DNA of 64,000 nucleotides from Bacteroidia bacterium (GTDB lineage: Bacteria; Bacteroidota; Bacteroidia; M30B66), in the NCBI GenBank assembly GCA_018401705.1, contig JAGYKL010000001.1:148473-212472 (forward strand), given 5' to 3'. The notes below the pieces were generated by a model. That model had not been told where the DNA came from and searched no databases. It saw only the letters and a program-made list of their open reading frames with translations. The translations under genes were made by a program, and so were the position numbers. Of the stretch, positions 60,717 to 64,000 are shown one piece after another (position 1 is the stretch's first letter; each line of letters begins with the position of its first letter).

Positions 60717-62534
60717 TTACAGCTGCCAGTCTAAAGTCTCTAAAAAGCCATGAAAGGCCTTAATTGCATCACAACCCAGATAAATAAAATCATCTACTCC
60801 TAGCTTTTTTAAGTCGTTTGAATTTGCTGGATTGCCCGCTATCCATAAAGGTTTAGGAGGTCTTTCTTCGGAATTGAGGGTTTCCAAAATTGATTCGTAT
60901 TCTTCGTCGGCACTGCAAAGCACTATTAAATCAGATGCTTTTACATTTTCACTATGCAATTGATCAGATAATTGAACATTAGAGTCAGTTTGGACAATCT
61001 TAAATCCAGCTGACGATAAAAAGTCACCGGCAAAAGTTGCTCTCTGCTTGCTTTTCAAAGGATTTCCGGATAAAATCAAACAGGCTACAGCCTGTTTGTC
61101 AAGATTTATCAAGCGTCTAATTGACTCAAATGAAGAAGCTTCAAAGTAAGGCTCTAAAACTTTGATTTCTGGCAGTTTTGATAAGGGATCTTTTGTTTGA
61201 ATAGATTCGGAAAACACTTTTTCATCGGCATATGCAAAACGATTCACGCCTATAATTCCACGTTTTCGTGCTCTAACTGCCTCTTCAATCTTTGATCGAT
61301 TGGATTTAACAATATCCTGAAAGAAGCCTAATCGAGCTGCCGAAGTGTAACCACCTTTGCTTTCAATTTCAAGAAATAAGCTCCATGCCTTCTCTACTAA
61401 TTCTTTAGTTAGATGTTCTATATAAGGAGAACCGGCTGATGCATCCAAAACTTTATCAAACCCTGATTCATACTTCAATAGATGATGAATATTTAAAGCG
61501 AGTCTTTGCGAATCCTCGTTAACCTCTTCAAAGTGGTAATTAAAAGGATGCACTAAGTGTTCATCGCTGCCTCCAATAACTACGGCCATTGACTCGAGAG
61601 TGCCTCTTACAAGATTTGAATGTGCATCAAACCTTGTTTTATTTCGAAGAGATGTTTCGGATTGCAACCATAATGGCACAGACAAATCTGAGGAAAAACC
61701 TTTTAGAAGCATATCCCATAATATTCTTACAGCCCTAAATTTTGCGAGTTGAATAAAAAACTCTGAGCCAGAAGCAAGTTGAAATTGCATGCCTTTAAAA
61801 ATATCAGAAAAGGTATGCTTGTTTTGTAAGTTAATTACGTATTCAGCAGCTAAACTCAAAACAGCAGCTAATTCTTGTGAAGCTGAAGCTCCTGCATTAT
61901 GCCATCTTGCTCCATTAACAGTAATCGTCTTAAAATTGGGTAAAAACGTTTTCGAAGTACTTAAAAGTGCTTCTGTTAACTGCATACTTTCTTCTTTTGA
62001 ATAATTAAAGCTGCCATTAAATATAAAGTCGCCTAAGGGGTCCCAGGCAATTGATCCAAATATTTTTGATGCGTCCAAGTGCATTCTTTGAACTTCATCT
62101 AAATACAAGTAAAACAACGAAGGAGTAGCTTCTCCGCAATTAAAATTAATTCTAGCTATTTCACAGTTAATGCCCTTTAAAACCAATCGTAGCTCCTCCT
62201 GGTTGCTGATTTCAAAGCCAGTAAAAGCAATACTTGAAGCACCATGCTCTAGTAATTGCAATGCACTTTTATTGCAGGCTTTTAAATCGTCTGTTTTTAT
62301 GCTAACAAGTATTTCCCAATCGTTTGCAAACGCAAACTCCGGATGATGAGACACTCTGTTTTTATAAGCATTAAAACTATGTGTAGGGACTTCCTGATAA
62401 GCAATTTTTGAGCTTATCCCATCAATTTCTTGATGCAATAAATTACTAATATCATCAGATTTTAAATCTTTCTTAATCTGATGTATCCATGCTTCTTCGT
62501 CAGGAATTTTAAATTCTGTAAATGATGCTTTCAA
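60717..62534 (-). CDS. Methylmalonyl-CoA mutase small (beta) subunit
   Basis: [35 protein letters not shown]; no DxHxxG. Confidence 0.88.
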   Translation of the reverse strand: MKASFTEFKIPDEEAWIHQIKKDLKSDDISNLLHQEIDGISSKIAYQEVPTHSFNAYKNRVSHHPEFAFANDWEILVSIKTDDLKACNKSALQLLEHGASSIAFTGFEISNQEELRLVLKGINCEIARINFNCGEATPSLFYLYLDEVQRMHLDASKIFGSIAWDPLGDFIFNGSFNYSKEESMQLTEALLSTSKTFLPNFKTITVNGARWHNAGASASQELAAVLSLAAEYVINLQNKHTFSDIFKGMQFQLASGSEFFIQLAKFRAVRILWDMLLKGFSSDLSVPLWLQSETSLRNKTRFDAHSNLVRGTLESMAVVIGGSDEHLVHPFNYHFEEVNEDSQRLALNIHHLLKYESGFDKVLDASAGSPYIEHLTKELVEKAWSLFLEIESKGGYTSAARLGFFQDIVKSNRSKIEEAVRARKRGIIGVNRFAYADEKVFSESIQTKDPLSKLPEIKVLEPYFEASSFESIRRLINLDKQAVACLILSGNPLKSKQRATFAGDFLSSAGFKIVQTDSNVQLSDQLHSENVKASDLIVLCSADEEYESILETLNSEERPPKPLWIAGNPANSNDLKKLGVDDFIYLGCDAIKAFHGFLETLDWQL

Positions 62535-62591
62535 TGTTTGTAATTCAGTTACAGCAAATGTAACAAAGACTTATGAAGCAGAGGCCTTAAT

Positions 62592-62912
62592 TTAGTTTGA
62601 AGTATTTGGTTGGTCAACCACTAACCAAATATCTTCATTTGCTTTTTTCATAAGATGCTGCTCGCGTGCAAATTTCTCTAGAGATTTACTATCTGATAAA
62701 AGCTCATCCAATTGTTTTCTGGTGCTTTGAATTTCAGACTGATAGTATTTCTTTTCTTTTCTAAGCTCATAAAGCACCTGTCTATCTTTATATTGAGTGA
62801 TAAGGTCATTCTTATCAAAAAACATTATCCAAACTAAAAAAAAAGCAAAAGTCAGGAAATAGCGGTTCCCTAAAAGGGGGTAGTTCCTAAAAAATTCGTT
62901 GAGCTTTTTCAT
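62592..62912 (-). CDS. Septum formation initiator (FtsB/DivIC family)
   Basis: TM segment WIMFFDKN, coiled coil, LEKFARE..MKKANED. Confidence 0.88.
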   Translation of the reverse strand: MKKLNEFFRNYPLLGNRYFLTFAFFLVWIMFFDKNDLITQYKDRQVLYELRKEKKYYQSEIQSTRKQLDELLSDSKSLEKFAREQHLMKKANEDIWLVVDQPNTSN

Positions 62913-63000
62913 ATAACAAACATAAACGGGATTTTGATAATAATCATGTTTGCATATGCTGAGTTCTCAAACATCCTATGTTAATTAACTGACTAGCAGG

Positions 63001-63029
63001 AAAAAAAAGCCGGCTAACCGGCTTTTTTT
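63001..63029 (-). terminator. Intrinsic terminator
   Basis: AAAAAAAAGCCGG-CTAA-CCGGCTTTTTTT. Confidence 0.88.
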
Positions 63030-63048
63030 ATTTAAGTACGCTTTAGGA

Positions 63049-63567
63049 CTATTCAACAATTAGTTTCCCAATCATCTTAGGGAAATGCCCTGGATAAGTG
63101 CATATGAAATTATAGGATCCTGCCGCAGGAGCAACAAACTCTACAAAGATAGTTTCGTTGGGATTTGCAAGCCCAGAAGCTGCTAAAACATTTTCATTCT
63201 CGGGAATATATGATTTGTCAGCTCCAGCAGTAATTCCTGCTGTTGCCACTTCCTGACCTGATCCCAATTTAACAAGAACCCAGTTATGAAGCATTCCTTC
63301 AGCAGAGTTTTCGTTCACCAATGTTAAAGTTACTTTATCTCCTGCTTTTACAGAAGCAGACATTGGTTCATATGCCATATCAGCCATGGAATTCCCAATA
63401 ACTTTGATAGTCAAGTTGGCCTCTCCTGGCGTGCTAGCAGTTTCTGAGCTTGATTCTTCTGTTTGCTCTTGATTATTAGTTGTTTCTTCAGCTGGTTGTT
63501 CTTGAGAACCTCCACAAGAGGCAAAAAACATAGCTAATGGCAATGCAAATAAAATTAGTTTCTTCAT
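63049..63567 (-). CDS. Azurin/auracyanin-like blue copper lipoprotein
   Basis: Lipobox FASC; type-1 Cu ligands HNWVL and CTYPGHFPKM. Confidence 0.9.
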   Translation of the reverse strand: MKKLILFALPLAMFFASCGGSQEQPAEETTNNQEQTEESSSETASTPGEANLTIKVIGNSMADMAYEPMSASVKAGDKVTLTLVNENSAEGMLHNWVLVKLGSGQEVATAGITAGADKSYIPENENVLAASGLANPNETIFVEFVAPAAGSYNFICTYPGHFPKMIGKLIVE

Positions 63568-63809
63568 CTTGAAATTTAGTTTTTATGTAAAGTAAACGTA
63601 TGAAATCAGTGGTTGTTTATTTATTTCTTGATCGATAGATGATTTCATATCCAGAAAAGCAAAATTGCCTTTTCCTTAATCAAAATAATATACAATAGTA
63701 GACAAATCAATTTTGATTCTTCAAGTTAAATTTCAGGATTATTCGTAAGAAACACTAAAAGATGTTAACAAAACGAGATTCCACAAAGGACTTGAATATC
63801 TTTGTAGTA

Positions 63810-64000
63810 ATGGAGAATTACATCGTATCGGCTAGGAAATACCGCCCAGTGACTTTTAGATCGGTAGTTGGTCAGGAATCAATTACAAATACCTTAAAGA
63901 ATGCTATTCGCAATCAGCATGTAGCGCAGGCGTATTTGTTTTGCGGACCTAGAGGAGTTGGTAAAACTACTTGTGCCAGAATATTAGCAAAAACTATTAA
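63810..64000 (+). CDS. dnaX: DNA polymerase III gamma/tau (5' partial)
   Basis: [13 protein letters not shown]...[21 protein letters not shown]. Confidence 0.95.
   Translation, partial: MENYIVSARKYRPVTFRSVVGQESITNTLKNAIRNQHVAQAYLFCGPRGVGKTTCARILAKTI

Overview
Core chromosomal segment of an AT-rich Bacteroidota genome (TAnnTTTG -7 promoters, T9SS-sorted proteins, bshB1, Shine-Dalgarno sites not evident). It carries purH-mreBCD-mrdA-rodA, the coaX-lptC-PPIase cluster, tRNA-Phe and tRNA-His, a CorC/CNNM gene plus a Cu-type P1B ATPase, two glycan-modification loci, three T9SS cargo proteins, three large PAS sensor-kinase genes, upp/yjjG/psd, PhoD, methylmalonyl-CoA mutase, an azurin-like lipoprotein and the start of dnaX. 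I saw no transposase, integrase, phage module, CRISPR-Cas or defence system. The strongest leads are non-coding. (1) A GC-rich G-tract plus (CG)5 element lies right behind a -7 promoter near 57.95 kb, beside an unannotated 55-aa ORF. (2) An exactly 63-bp-phased, hairpin-rich repeat array grows out of a kinase stop codon at 39.2 kb. (3) A Pro-rich uORF and structured leader precede the corC-ATPase genes. (4) A long rod-like fold fills the 13.2-13.5 kb gap. (5) A perfect CRP box sits at about -41.5 of a T9SS gene next to a Crp/Fnr regulator. All family calls come from motif recognition; no database search was run.
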